Below, in pieces: positions 12,916 to 42,546 of a DNA stretch of 64,000 nucleotides (its first letter is position 1; each line of letters begins with the position of its first letter). This DNA comes from Mizuhopecten yessoensis (lineage: Eukaryota). Made by a program: the position numbers and the translations under genes. Where the stretch lies: NCBI RefSeq assembly GCF_002113885.1, contig NW_018403537.1, positions 1,258,095 through 1,322,094 of the forward strand, written 5' to 3'. Below the pieces are notes generated by a model. The model was not told where the DNA came from, made no database searches, and saw only the letters and a program-made list of their open reading frames with translations.

Positions 12916-15900
12916 TGCTTTCAATGTGATGGCCTGACTTCAGAACATGGTGTAAGGCTTCTCATGAGCTGCAATGATTCTCCTGGAACAGTATGTTACA
13001 ATGCAGTGCTTTATAAATGTGCAACAAATTTCAGAAATATCATTGGAGTTACCTTCCAATTTTAAAATGACACAGCGATTTCTCTGTATAAAAACGTGCA
13101 AATCTAGCTACAACCCATTATGTTGACCGTAAGATTACTCGATTACTCAGCAGGTGAAACGTTGCCGAGAACTGGCCTAGTCTACCGTTTTTTTAAGTCT
13201 ATGTCAACTCTGTGTGCAATTACCGGTATATATTTTTCATGTATGAATAATATACACACCTTACATTTTCAGTTTGATATGACCTAATTTGAATTTGAAT
13301 TAGCTAACATGAAATATGTTAAAACACTAACATGAACAAATATTATTCAGGATCCATAATTTCAACTGTTTACAAGATTTTAGCAGCTTCTCGCTGCCAT
13401 CACAAGAGGACTGCAGGATGTTTGAATTAAAATCGTATTTAAATGCATGTTTTTTAATGAAGAATTTACAAATTCATGTAAACTCATGTAAATTAACATT
13501 AAGTATATTGCAAGTGATTTAATATTTATAAATTGATGCTTTTATTCTTATATGTAATGTATTACACTTAAAAGTGAATTCCGTACTATGAAGATGATAA
13601 ATAATTTGAATACACCTGTACATTGTTTCTCGTCTATATATAACATAAAAGTGTATTGATATTTATTACCCATTCAATCTTCAGGGGGTTTCATACAAGA
13701 TTTACAAAACAAACAAAAAAGTTTCCATTTAAGCCTGGGTCTGGACTCTGCCGAGTTCAAAAGAAAACTTTTGAAAGAGTTCTGTAAATATCATATTTGA
13801 ACAAATTAAAGATCAATTTTATAACATTATCAAGAATTCAAGAAAAACTATGAGATTTAAATGACTATATATGTGAGAGACCTGTGCTGCCTGAAAGCTA
13901 TACCATTCAATAATACAACAGATCAGTGTTTTCATATAAGCTACGGGCCTTTTTGGTAATGTGTTTGAAATGGATTAATTTAATTTATGTCCTGATTTAA
14001 ACTCTGAAACATTGTTTTGAAGATATTTCAGAATAATTGGCAAGAAAATATCGGTTCACAGGGACTTTTGACAAAACAACAAGTCCCTTATAAATGTATC
14101 AATGATCTAATTAATAATTGATGAGTCTGATGTGAACGTGTACATTCCTATTTAACTCATTCACCCCTGAAGTTTCATAATGAACTATTCCAACCTTTGA
14201 GTTGGAAGAGTCCAAATGTGTCTTCAGGGGTGAATGAGTTAAATGTACTTCGTATAATAGCAGGACACATATTATGTAAGGCATGAAAGATTGTCCAAAA
14301 TGAGTATTGACAAAAATGATATTTCCTGTTGTTTACAGAAACATAGGGCTGTATATGTGATCTGAACATGGAATGTGTGCTGGACCATTCACATCAAATA
14401 CACAATGTGTTATATACTATATACAGTGAAAATTGCTCTCAAAATCACCTCTAGTAAGAAACAACCTGAGCTTAAAACCATACAAATAATTCTTTAAAAG
14501 TCCCAATGGATTTTTTGTATATAAATGAACCTGCATTATGAAATCACTTGTGGGAGGGGTACAAGGGGGCCTGGTCTTATGCCCTCCGTTACACACAATC
14601 TGTTCTTAGGGGCAGGCAGTCTAGTTGTTCACAATTACATAGACTCATTCATCTTTAACTCATTCACCCCTGAAATTTCATAATGAACTATTCCAACCTT
14701 TGACTTAGAAGAGTTCAAATGTGTCTTCAGGGGTAAATGAGTTAACCGATTATAAATACCTGCCACATCCTTCCCATATTCATAGTTAGAGACAGTCTGT
14801 TACACTACATTTGTGTACAATATAAATAATTAGAATTTTCAAAAAAGATTCTTTATGTACTGAACAAGTCTTTGTATATAGCGAAAAACCTGATGCTTTT
14901 TTCTTTGAATAGTATGATAAATTACAATATAAAATTCCAAAAAGAGTCGGGAAAATAACTTTCGGATGAAAAACAATGCTAAACATTGTATACTGATGGT
15001 TTGTATATTTTGACTTTACCAGAGTGAGATATTGCACAAGTTTTATACCCCAGACTAAACATTATCGTATCAGGTTTTTTTGCCTCATACTTGTCACCTG
15101 TTAAACTTCTACCAGCTGGTAATTAATTACACCAAATGTAACCAAGAATATTCTGCATCAGCAGCAGAAAGTGATGACAACCAAAAATAATATAACTGAA
15201 GTGTTACATCAAAATATTGTTATTTACATGTCTTGTACATTAGGTATATATCACACCTTTAAAATCACTTTTTATATTCAATGAAATAATCTTTACCAAA
15301 GTTAAACTAAAATAATGCTGTAATATACTAAATATTATAAAACTAAAACTAACCAATGCTAAAAGACATTTTTTGTTTGATATTTGGAGGAAATGCTATT
15401 TTCAAATGCTCGGAAATAATTCTGTAGATTTTAATGTAATAATACAATATTATGCTTTAATTTAGAATTTGGTAATAAATTGCTATGTGTAATACAGCGA
15501 AACCGATTTAATGTGATTCCTGAATATTATGAGACCCTGTCTAATATGACAACTGATTATTTTGACATCTTGTATAGTCCAACATGATGCTGTAATCTTA
15601 TTTCCTATGCGATCTATCAATGAAGACCTGTGTTTTCTGACATCCTGTGTTATCTGACAAATATGTTGTCAAAGCCCAAAGAGTGTCAGATTAGACAGTT
15701 TTCATGGAACTTAAGGGATCAAATAAACTTATATCTAATATACCTACCATTAAAATGTTTATAGTTAAATGAATACGTGCCTTTATATATATTAGTTTGA
15801 GACATTTACAAAATACCCCAAAATTAGAGACATTATGACATATGTACATTACAGACAAATATCAGCAGAATAAGATTTGACAAAGAATTGATATTGAAAA

Positions 15901-16141
15901 AAAATAAAAAAATTGTTAAGAGTTATCTACATTGTCTTAAGTCTGTTTTAGGTACATCTTAAAATAAGATCAGTGATCACTCTACTTTAGCTTTTATCAA
16001 TAAAGAAAGTTGGCAATGACATTGTTTTTAAACTACCCCTCTGTAAATAAAAGTTGATAATTAAATGTATATTGCAGGTGTGAGCATGCTGTGAGGATCT
16101 TCCAGGTTTTCCCAACATGTTTAGGGTCAGCTGACACGTTG

Positions 16142-32981
<16,840 letters not shown>

Positions 32982-34442
32982 TCAGTTACAACTGTTTCTG
33001 TAAACTATTATTTGTCATGGAAGCTTTTTTTTATATATATATATAATTTTACAAATGTAATGAAAAGTAATTTTTACATGTATAAATTCAATGTACAGGT
33101 CACTTTAAATTGATTTTTCACATTTGCTATGAAAGCATTTGGTTTCATATTGATAACCATACATATTTATTTTTCATTAAGTAACCACTACATATTGGTA
33201 TCCTATTGTTTCCAGTCCAAATCCAACAGGTTGTTATTCCATATCTGAAAAATATAAATATAAAGTCTATTTTAACTTGTTATATTAATGCACTAATTAC
33301 AACAAATATATGGCAAGTGGAATAACCTCAGCTATTCAGAAAAGCCATGAAAAGAATAAAATGTATTAAATTTTAATTTTCAATTTGTCAATAGTATATT
33401 CACGATAAACAAATAAGTGCACGTGTATTATACAGAAATGAATAGCTCTATACATAGAATTTAGTTTTGGTGCCTCGAGCTAGGTATATAACAATTGATC
33501 AGGACAATCCTGTGTGCAGTCAAGCGTGAGCAAACCAGTCAATGTCCAAAAATCTTGGTTTGATCCTCAGCGGTTTCGTAAGAATGGAGTGATATCGCCG
33601 TCTGATATTGACAGGGACAGTAAGTCAGTTAGTTATCGGCCTCTTGTGGCACAACAGGTTTTTACCACCAACAGACAACATTTGTTCTTTCAGTGATGTC
33701 CTAATAAAATCTCTTCAGAACACAAGTTTGTTGTATACAATTGAACATGTCAAAAATAGAGACCAGAACAAGGGGCCACAGTAAGAAATTAGAAAAACAA
33801 TGTGCAAGACTGAACATCAGGAAAAAAACCTTTTCTATCAGAGTTATATAGATTACTGGAATAGCTTGCCAGGAAGTGTTGTAACTAGCTCAGGCACTTT
33901 GAATGGATGTTATTCTACTTTGAACCATTATTGGAAGGTTCCTGGAGCAAAGTTCAACCAGAGTTGCTACTAAGTCACCCAGGAACTATATATATATTGT
34001 ACACAAATTAATGTTGAATACATGTACAGTAGGCACTTATGAGGTGCATCGTATATATATCGATAGGACATGAAATCAAGAATATACATGTAAATACATC
34101 TTGAGTAAAAGAAATTAAGGAGCTCCATAGGATCATGGAGATAACAATCAAGGAGGTCCAGAAGCTTAATACAGACCGATGAACTGATATAACTGATATT
34201 ATAATTAAAGGTTAATTATTACAACGGTAAAATGATGTTGTAATCGTGATGCTCTGATCTATAATAGATGTAATTTACGACCATTTCCAGCATTTTTTTT
34301 ACAGAAACAATTTGTTGACGGCATTCTTTTCAGATGTAAGAACTAGAGCTGTACTTAGTGTCAATATTTAACATAATCATGATTGTTAAATGCTGTGGAT
34401 GATAAAAATGGGACAAGAATTGCACTGACAATGAAAACTTAC

Positions 34443-34811
34443 CATTTTTTCTTCTTGTTATCTCTGTTGTTTTAATGCTTTTGTTCGCCTATTTAACTCG
34501 CTTTCCATAAAACGCAAAACTGACTCAGATTTAGACCGAATAATATGAGGGTCTTTAAGGGGCAATTATCCGTAATTATCTAAGGCAGTTCAAATTGCCA
34601 AAACAAATGATCAAAATAGATGTTTTTCTTTATGTTATAACACATACTATTCAAATAACCATATGCTATGTTTTATTCAGACCAAATGTCAGCGATTGGT
34701 CGTTATTTGTGCGTTTTATCTTAAAGTGAGTATCCCCGTTGCACCCCTTTCAAAAGCGATAGTAGACACGAGATAGAGCAGAGCCTCACTTGTTCCGACC
34801 CTGTAATAAAC
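34443..34811. promoter_or_regulatory. Probable bidirectional promoter and 5' UTR region shared by CCDC102 (-) and APRT (+)
   Basis: Minus-strand donor ATG|GTAAGT at 34442 (candidate non-coding first exon) and candidate acceptor at 33245; APRT ATG at 34812; ATTGG (CCAAT) at about 34695; locally higher CpG. Confidence 0.45.
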
Positions 34812-37800
34812 ATGAGTCAGGAGAAAATTAAACGAATAACTGATGCAGTTTCCGTCCATCCCGATTTTCCTAAACCAGGAATCGTATTCATGTGAGTATT
34901 TGCCTCGTAGATATAGTGCAAGACAGCAAGAACGTCTTATGTAATTTACATTTACAAGTACGATACATTTACTCACGGACTATAAACTGTAACAACTAAA
35001 ACAGGGTTCGATTTCACGTTTGTTCCATGCTGATTCCTGAAAATAAGTCTTATATGCACCTTTATGGTAAAAAATGTAATAAATGTCAGTTGTTATTAAC
35101 ACGAATTAAAGATATCAGGAGAAGGGAAACGCAACAACTTTACTGTGAAAGTTTTGTATTTTTGTCAGAATATAGATATGTATATTTAACTTGCATGTAA
35201 ATATATATCAGACTGGGATTTGAACCTGGGACCACAACAATTTAAAACACTCTAGCAAGTTACCTGGTCATTGGTAGTCAACAGGCCCAATCTTGCTACA
35301 CATCTACAGTTGTATGCATCTCCCTATTTTTCGAAGTTTTCCCCCGTTAACAGGTCGGGGAAAACCACTAACTTGCGTATAATATGCAAATCGCCTATTA
35401 TACGCCAATAGGGGTATGGATTTGTTACTCACCAAAATCACTTGAATCATAACTTTTTCAAATAGTTTGTCCAAATCGCATTTATTCAGTCATGAAACAT
35501 AATACAAATTATGCAAAAATAAACTTTATTTGCATGTCGGAAAGTACCAAAAATAGATGCAATACTTCCAGTAAAGTTACATCAAGTTTCTAAATAGCCA
35601 ACGCTTTCAGTAAACATCTTTTAGCAAAATATTGTTTACCTCGTCGTAAATTAATGCGATTTTTAATAACATCTTGCAAAAGTTACTGTTAAAGCGATTT
35701 CAGTTATTTTCAGTAACAAATCCATACTCCAACTGGCGTATAATTGGCGAGTTTTCCCCAACCTGGTTAAGGACTCCCCACCTTTCGTAATACACATGTT
35801 TTTTCTTGTCGTATTTTCGTGTCGTTATTTCCGTATTACGTATCGGGCATTCCATTACCGTAGTGTAAATTATAGCAACACCGGGTAAATAATAGGACAC
35901 GTGCATGACGATGATATGTCAACTCTCGATATCGAGACTTAACTTGGAAATGTTATCACACGTACTTCAGAAATAAAGCTTATGATACAAAAACATTAAT
36001 TAAATCACGGGAAGACACTGACATAAGATCAGACGACTTCAAGAAGGTCATATAGGAGGCGTATGGAATGCAGACTGATGTGTTTTGTTTACCGACCTCA
36101 CCTGTATGTATCACGTGCTAACAGTAGTTCACAAGCTCTTGGTCGCTACGACTTTTGATGTCGAGCGAGTTACGCTGTCAGATAAATCGTTTCACAAATT
36201 TCAATAAAAAACACTTTTTGTACCATGTTATAGATATTTTATGGTAAATAAAATATTTGTAGGGGTGATTAGCAATGTTTCTTTTCATTATTCTATTGGA
36301 GTAATAGTTTCGAACAATGCCTAACACTCAAAAAATATGAAAGGGTTGAATTTGACAAAAAAACATTTGTTCAGTGTTTTTTACCCAAAAATCCCCAGTT
36401 TATCGGAATGCTTAGATTTTTATAAAATCATCTCTACATAGTGACATAACCGTTATGTGAAACTTTCATTGAATTCTGCTGGCTGATTGCGAAAGGGTGG
36501 AGCCTCCTTAAAGGAGACAACTTGTACAATAAGGCCAAGGAATATTCGGCACATGTATCTGAGGGGTCCAGATGTACATGTACCTGACCGAAACTAAAAT
36601 GCTGACTATTGCTTATTTGCATTATTTATTTCTAAAACAATGTCAAGCCACATGTAGTTTTTAAGATGCATTATGTAATTCATTGGATGCATGAAGGAAT
36701 GGCATAATATTCTTGTTACATTGTTATTTATCCTCCGAAACTGTGCATTTTTTATTTAGCTGTGCCTGTAGAATGGCCCAAGTTTGTTCGTTGTTATCAT
36801 GGAATATTTCTGCGCCCCCTGTATACTGTTTCAACCGGGATACGCAAATGTAACCTAAACAATGTATAATATTATAATTAAATATCCTGTTTCTATGTGT
36901 GATTCATATATAAAGTGAAACAAGGGTTGAGCACAGGTACCATTACAAAATGCATTGGATGCTCTACCCAATTGAGCTTAGCTTCCTGGTCACTGGTCAT
37001 CCTGCCCTAGCTATCCTGCTACAAGGAGTATAATATTGCATTCAAAATACAACATTTAAGCGAAAGCATTTTAATCAGTTGTTTAGTCAAGTAATTAGGT
37101 TACAGTATTCTGTATTTAAATAATTCTGATTTCTGATTGAATTAAGTTATTACTTACCTTTTAAAATGAATTATCAATGCCTTAATTTTCTTAGTTTTAA
37201 ATAAAATAACCCCCCCCAACACACACACACACCTCATAATCTGGAATTAATGACATTTAGTTAACTCATTCACCCATGAGATTTCATAATGAACTATTCC
37301 AACCTTTGAATTGGAGGAGTTCAAATGTGTCTTCAGGGGTGAATGAGTTAAGATGACACTGAAACACGGTTTGATGGGTTAATCCTTTTTTTTTAAATAT
37401 TGATTTTTACAAAGTGATGGTTTTTTTTCGTAAATTAATCAAATTTTAACAAAGAGCAAGGGTTCTTTCTGCTGATTTCTAAAGTCAAAACGTACAAATG
37501 ATAAAAATGGACGGTTTCCAAAATTTCGCGATTTTACTTCTGTTCTCTTATCAGTATATGTACTCTGATCAGTATTAAATGTAGCCAGCCTGCTAGTTCT
37601 CATGGCTTTGTTTATCTTGCTTATCTTTCGTTCTCCCAAGTTATTGTAGAACTAAATGTAATAAATTAGAAACAACCGTGGAAAATTACTATATTTGAAT
37701 ATCTAATAATTGCATTAATCATTCTGGTTCAATCTTTTGTAAGGTACCTTTATAAAGAAGAAATTATTTGACCTTAACAGTCAGTGGTTTTTGTGGGGAC

Positions 37801-40800
37801 TTTGGGGCCAATAATTGGCCCCATTTCCATTTGAAACATTTCATATTTATACCTAATTCCCTAAATTTGCAGTTTACTCATGAAAACTTCCTTCACAATT
37901 GGTATATTTTCTTCCCAGAATGAGACAAAAAGGTCCCATCCCTCTGAAATTGATGAAAAAAGCCCTGACAGTGCTTCTTAAAAGTTCCTTGAAAATAGCC
38001 AAAAAAGGTTTAAGAGTATAGGCGTGAAACAATAGGGTAGGTATTGGGTAACAGTAAACAATTTTATTTTTATTTTGCTTTAGCACAGTCCACAAAACTT
38101 CCAACTAGAATTCTCGTTATCGGAGTTATCATTCACCTTTTCTGCCTGGTTTATTTGAGAGTGAGGTATTTCAGAAGCCTGTGGTTTAGGCCAAACAAAT
38201 ATATTTGTTCCTGTAACATGTCTGGAAAAATAAGGTCAATACACATAGTACACATTGTAGGTAATAAATTCTATTTTTCATTTGTGTTTCTGAAGGTTTA
38301 CATGCGAGAGTAATCTTGACCTTAACAGAGCTACTTGAAAATGTATTGTCCCAAAAACGTTTAGGGAATGCACAAAAAATTGGTGAAGGTATATGCCAGA
38401 AATTAAGTTTTTTTTATTTGGCCTTATATTTCTAGTTTATGAAGGATTTTTTATAACTGTACTATTCAATAAGGAGGCACAATAGTCTATGGGTTAGGAC
38501 GCCGGGCTCATGAACGAAGGGTTCCAGGTTCAGGTCATGGCACTGCACTGTGTTGTATCTTTGAGCAATATACTGAAACCCGCTTGTTCCAGTCTACTCT
38601 GCTGTAAATGAGTATGTGGTTGCGTAGTGCTAGAATTGTTGAATGCTAGCTGTGAGTGCCGAAATGGCAGCACTGGCTGTATGCTCCCCAGGGAGTTGAG
38701 AAAGATATTAGCTGGTTGCAAAGGCCCTACAACCACGGATAATAATTTGTGAACCACATTGAGATGATCAAACTACAAACTAGGTTGTGATAAAGCGGTA
38801 GATGTAAGGACCTCAAGTTATTATTATTATTATTCAAGTGATAAAAATCTTTCTTATTTGTTTCCTATAACAGGAATATATTTCCCGTATTACACGACCC
38901 GTCACTGTTTAAGGACCTGATTGATGTGATGATAGAGAGTGTGCGGACCAATGCTGCCGGCGCCCAGCTGATAGTGGGACTAGACGCTCGTGGCTTCCTG
39001 TTTGGACCAATGATTGCCCAGGCCCTGGGAATTGGGTTCTCTCCAATACGCAAGGCTGGGAAACTACCAGGGGAGACACACAGCGTAACATACAAACTGG
39101 AATATGGCCAGGTACATTACTGCAAACATAATTTAAAGTTTGAATACCGGACCAGGGGCCACAGACACATTTAATTCTTCCTACATTACAGTACATGTAT
39201 AACTTTAAACCATCATACATTGATCAGCATGACAATGGTGAGAGGTCATATTTTTTAGCAATGATTATCTGTCCCTTTTTGTGTCTGTCTGTTGTTGTGT
39301 TTGTTAGCCCAAAAGAAACTTCCCTAGCTACCATGAGGGTGTGACAGAGAAATCTCCAATCTAGCTGAGGGTTGATTTTATTGCTGTCTAAACCTGATGC
39401 TCGACAACGAAAGAAGGGTTGGAGATTTCTCTGTCACACCCTCAATGTAGGGAATGATAATTTTTCTTCCGTCCTATTATTTCAGTTACAACTTCACCTA
39501 CAGTAGTCTGGCATATGATTATTACCAAAAGTACATGTGACAAATGATTTATTGCCAAAATTTTAACTTTTTATAACATTACAGTTGACTGGGTGTGCTA
39601 TTTTTCACAGGGTTATCTCCCCCTTGGGTTGGCAAGCTTGTGTTTGCAGATTAATATAATCTTCCCCTACTTTGAGAGTGTGACAGGAAATCTCAATCAA
39701 GCCTGGGGGTGATTTTTTGGTTGTCTAACTTGAGGCTCTCGACAAACAGAAAATCACGCCTGAGAATGAGAATCTCTCTGTATCGCCTCAAGGGGTAGCT
39801 AGTTATTTTCCCGTTTTATAATACATGTACTGATGGCATATGAATATTGAAATTCATTTTATGACATTACAATTGTTGTTCACTTTTTATGTCAGATGAA
39901 GGATGGAAGTAGCATTGAATCATAAATCCTCACCATCGTCTTGGGAAATCTAGAATCCAGTCAGTTATTACAAGTCTGTGTTGCCTGTTCAAAACCTACC
40001 GTATTCGCTGTAATAAGTACCCAGGTCACTAAAAATTGAGCTTAAATGAGTGCGTTTATTAGGATGATAAAATATTATGGTAGAAAATGTTGTGCAACTT
40101 ATCAACTGTTGTTACAGTATAACAGCTGGAGGACATTAGAAACATCCCAGTGTGGCTTGGAGGTTTGGATATCAAATGTTTCGACTGCTTCACGGGGACT
40201 CCAGCCACGATCAACAGACATAAATCTCTGCTTTAAAGTGCAAGTACTCGACTGTAAATAATTGACCCGGTCAGGTCACTTGTCTGGGAGAAGGCAATAC
40301 GGGAGAATGTTTATACAATTTCAATATCCTCCGAACAATAGAGAGGGGCGCTAATTACGGCAAATACAGCATGAACATTTTTAGAAAATGTGACTTTTTA
40401 CCTTTTTCTATGTTTCAGGATACCTTTGATATCGAAAAAAATGCTGTGAGTCCAGGAGAAAAGGTTGTGATTGTAGATGACCTTCTAGCAACTGGAGGTA
40501 ATTGACACAAACTGATAGTTCATATGTGATATATATCCTCAACCCCACTGTTTTAGTCCGACTAACAATAGTGTTAATCCTCAGCTCTGTTGTCAACTTT
40601 CCGTAAAAATCTACTACAGTAGTTCAGAATGGCTATACAGATTATCCTTATTTGGAATGAAACATTCCTGCGACAATTTAAATCTTCTATAATGAATTTG
40701 AAGGTAGGGCCTCCATTGGAGGCAGAGTAGCAAAAGCTCAGTGGAGAGATTTGATCATACTTTACAAGTCATTTTATATATGGATATATTTTGGCTTAAT

Positions 40801-41687
40801 CAATTTAGTATTAAGCATCCCTAGGCCATGTGGATTACTCTTTGTATGATTTTCCTAGGGACAGTCAGAGACAAAATGGCAAGGTCTAATAGGAGATTTT
40901 AACTGCTGAAACAACAGATGTTTTGTAGCATACCAGAGTTATATTTATTCAGGCCAAGGGGATTCAGTTTAGAATAAATGGAAGTGATGGTCTCCGTGTT
41001 TGGTCCAAATAGGGATTTTGTATGTGTTGAAGACATGCATATATGTTGAAAGTAATATATTTGAGATTTCAATGAGTGATCTACTCGGTCTCACAGTACT
41101 TGTATTTATGGATGAAGGACAGGTATCAGCTTAGCGATTTGTCAGGTTTATTTTACCTGAGACCAATCAAACAGCTAAATTTGTGCCTTCAATTTTGCTA
41201 TGACATATTCCAGGGGTGCAGAGTGTACGTGAGCATATAACCCCGAGAGATCGAGGATGCCCTTGAACGTGCTTGTACCCAAGGTACATGGTATTTCAAT
41301 ACGGTGATGTCTCCTTATTTTGTAGGGAGTCTCCCTTTATTTTACATTGAAAAACTGAAATTTCATCTGGAAAAACAGAATCTCGATCACTCACCACTTT
41401 CTGAGTTGAGAAAGGTATTGACTGGTTGCAAAGGCCCTATAACCACAGATGATAATTTGTGAACTACTTTGAGATGACCTACGAACTAGGTTGTGATAAA
41501 GTGGTTTATAAGAACCTCGAAATATTATTATTATTTATCAATTTCAACAGGTACAATGAAGGCCGCATGTGACTTGGTGTGTAAGGCTGGAGGCGAGGTC
41601 CTGCAGTGTCTCGTCATCATGGAACTGGAGGATTTACGGGGACAGGATAAAGTGGCCATGCCTGTGACAACACTCATCAAATACTGA
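34812..41687 (+). CDS. APRT: Adenine phosphoribosyltransferase; exons 34812-34891, 38874-39111, 40419-40497, 41551-41687; 177 aa
   Basis: [37 protein letters not shown] and the PRPP-binding [13 protein letters not shown]; GT-AG junctions, 80+238+79+137 = 534 nt in frame. Confidence 0.95.
35196..35300 (-). mobile_element. Degenerate short LTR-like unit with tRNA box A/B (related copy 36898-37023)
   Basis: Both read TGTAGCARGAT...TGACCAGG-A-CT...TAGAG on the - strand; GGTTCAAATCCC box B in this copy; ends ...TTACA; no TSD seen. Confidence 0.4.
35347..35770. mobile_element. TTAA-flanked MITE (piggyBac-like), 424 bp
   Basis: TTAACAGGTCGGGGAAAAC ... GTTTTCCCCAACCTGGTTAA terminal inverted repeats. 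Confidence 0.6.
38473..38834 (+). mobile_element. Full-length tRNA-derived SINE with Meta/Deu-like core and (TTA)n tail
   Basis: tRNA-like head, CCAGTCTACTCTGCTGTAAATGAGTA, GCCGAAATGGCAGC...TGCTCCCCAGGGAGTTGAG, TTA tail; four copies or fragments in the window. Confidence 0.8.
39334..39444. repeat. Perfect 26-bp inverted repeat (degenerate relative at about 39673-39795)
   Basis: TGAGGGTGTGACAGAGAAATCTCCAA ... TTGGAGATTTCTCTGTCACACCCTCA. Confidence 0.7.
41403..41536 (+). mobile_element. 5'-truncated copy of the Meta/Deu-like SINE
   Basis: Aligns to about 38694-38834 (GAGTTGAGAAAG...CTGGTTGCAAAGGCCCTA...CTAGGTTGTGATAAAG...TTATTA). Confidence 0.75.
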
Positions 41688-42212
41688 TCAGTCCTCTACA
41701 CACTGCCTTATAACCATATGCTTCTATGTGATTTACCTTAAGTTAAACAGATACATGTATGGACAATGAAACCTGTCTAATCTGACACCCTATGAGATCC
41801 GAAGAAATGGTTGTAACAAACAGAATGTCAGAATACACAGGTTTGGTTGGTTTACAGCTCACCAGTTAAAAGTAACAGTGAGCTGATGCTGTACTCAAGA
41901 TTTTTATATTTTTGTGTTCATCTTTAAAATATATTTTCGGTTTGTGTCCTTGAAAAATGTATCCAAGTCCAATTATTGTGTAACAGAAGCTATTATTTTT
42001 CATTGCCTCTGCTATGGATCAAACCCAAGTCCTACGGTTTACTGGTCTAATACTACTCTACTGATTGAACTAAACAGAAATTCTCATTGGCCTAGTTTGT
42101 GGATAGCGTCAAGTATTTTACCAGGTTGTTGTATTCCTCTCCAGGGAAGATTCAAGAACTTGCCCGGAGTGTTTCCAGGAGTAACAGCGAGGCTTTTGAG
42201 AGAAAGGCTAGC

Positions 42213-42546
42213 CCGTATAGAAAAGGCTACCTAAAAGCACATGTGCTGCACATGAGCTTCACATGAGAAGCACATGAGATTGGTGTTAGCATCATATGCA
42301 AATGAGGTGAGCCACATGAGCTTTACGTTAGCTGAGGTGAGCCGTGTCTTAGCACACCTGGTTTGCACATGAGCTTTCTGTAAACTAACCAAAGCTCATA
42401 TGGCTTTTGGAAAGCTCATGTTATTTATGTGAGCTATTCGGACTTAGGAAAAGTTAATGCTTATGTGACTCATGGTAGAAAAATTTGAAAAACAACTAAG
42501 TCCATTTAGCACATGTGAAATTTCATGTGAGCTATTTGGACAAGGC
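42213..42546. mobile_element. MITE-like element with repeated CACATG(A/T)G subterminal motifs
   Basis: Many CACATGAG/CACATGTG motifs, opposed orientation at the two ends; weak TIRs. Confidence 0.35.

Noticed and set aside
40700-41130. Possible decayed APE endonuclease fragment (LIGDFNC) in APRT intron 3
   Set aside because: Only one short motif is recognisable; too degraded to call without a search.
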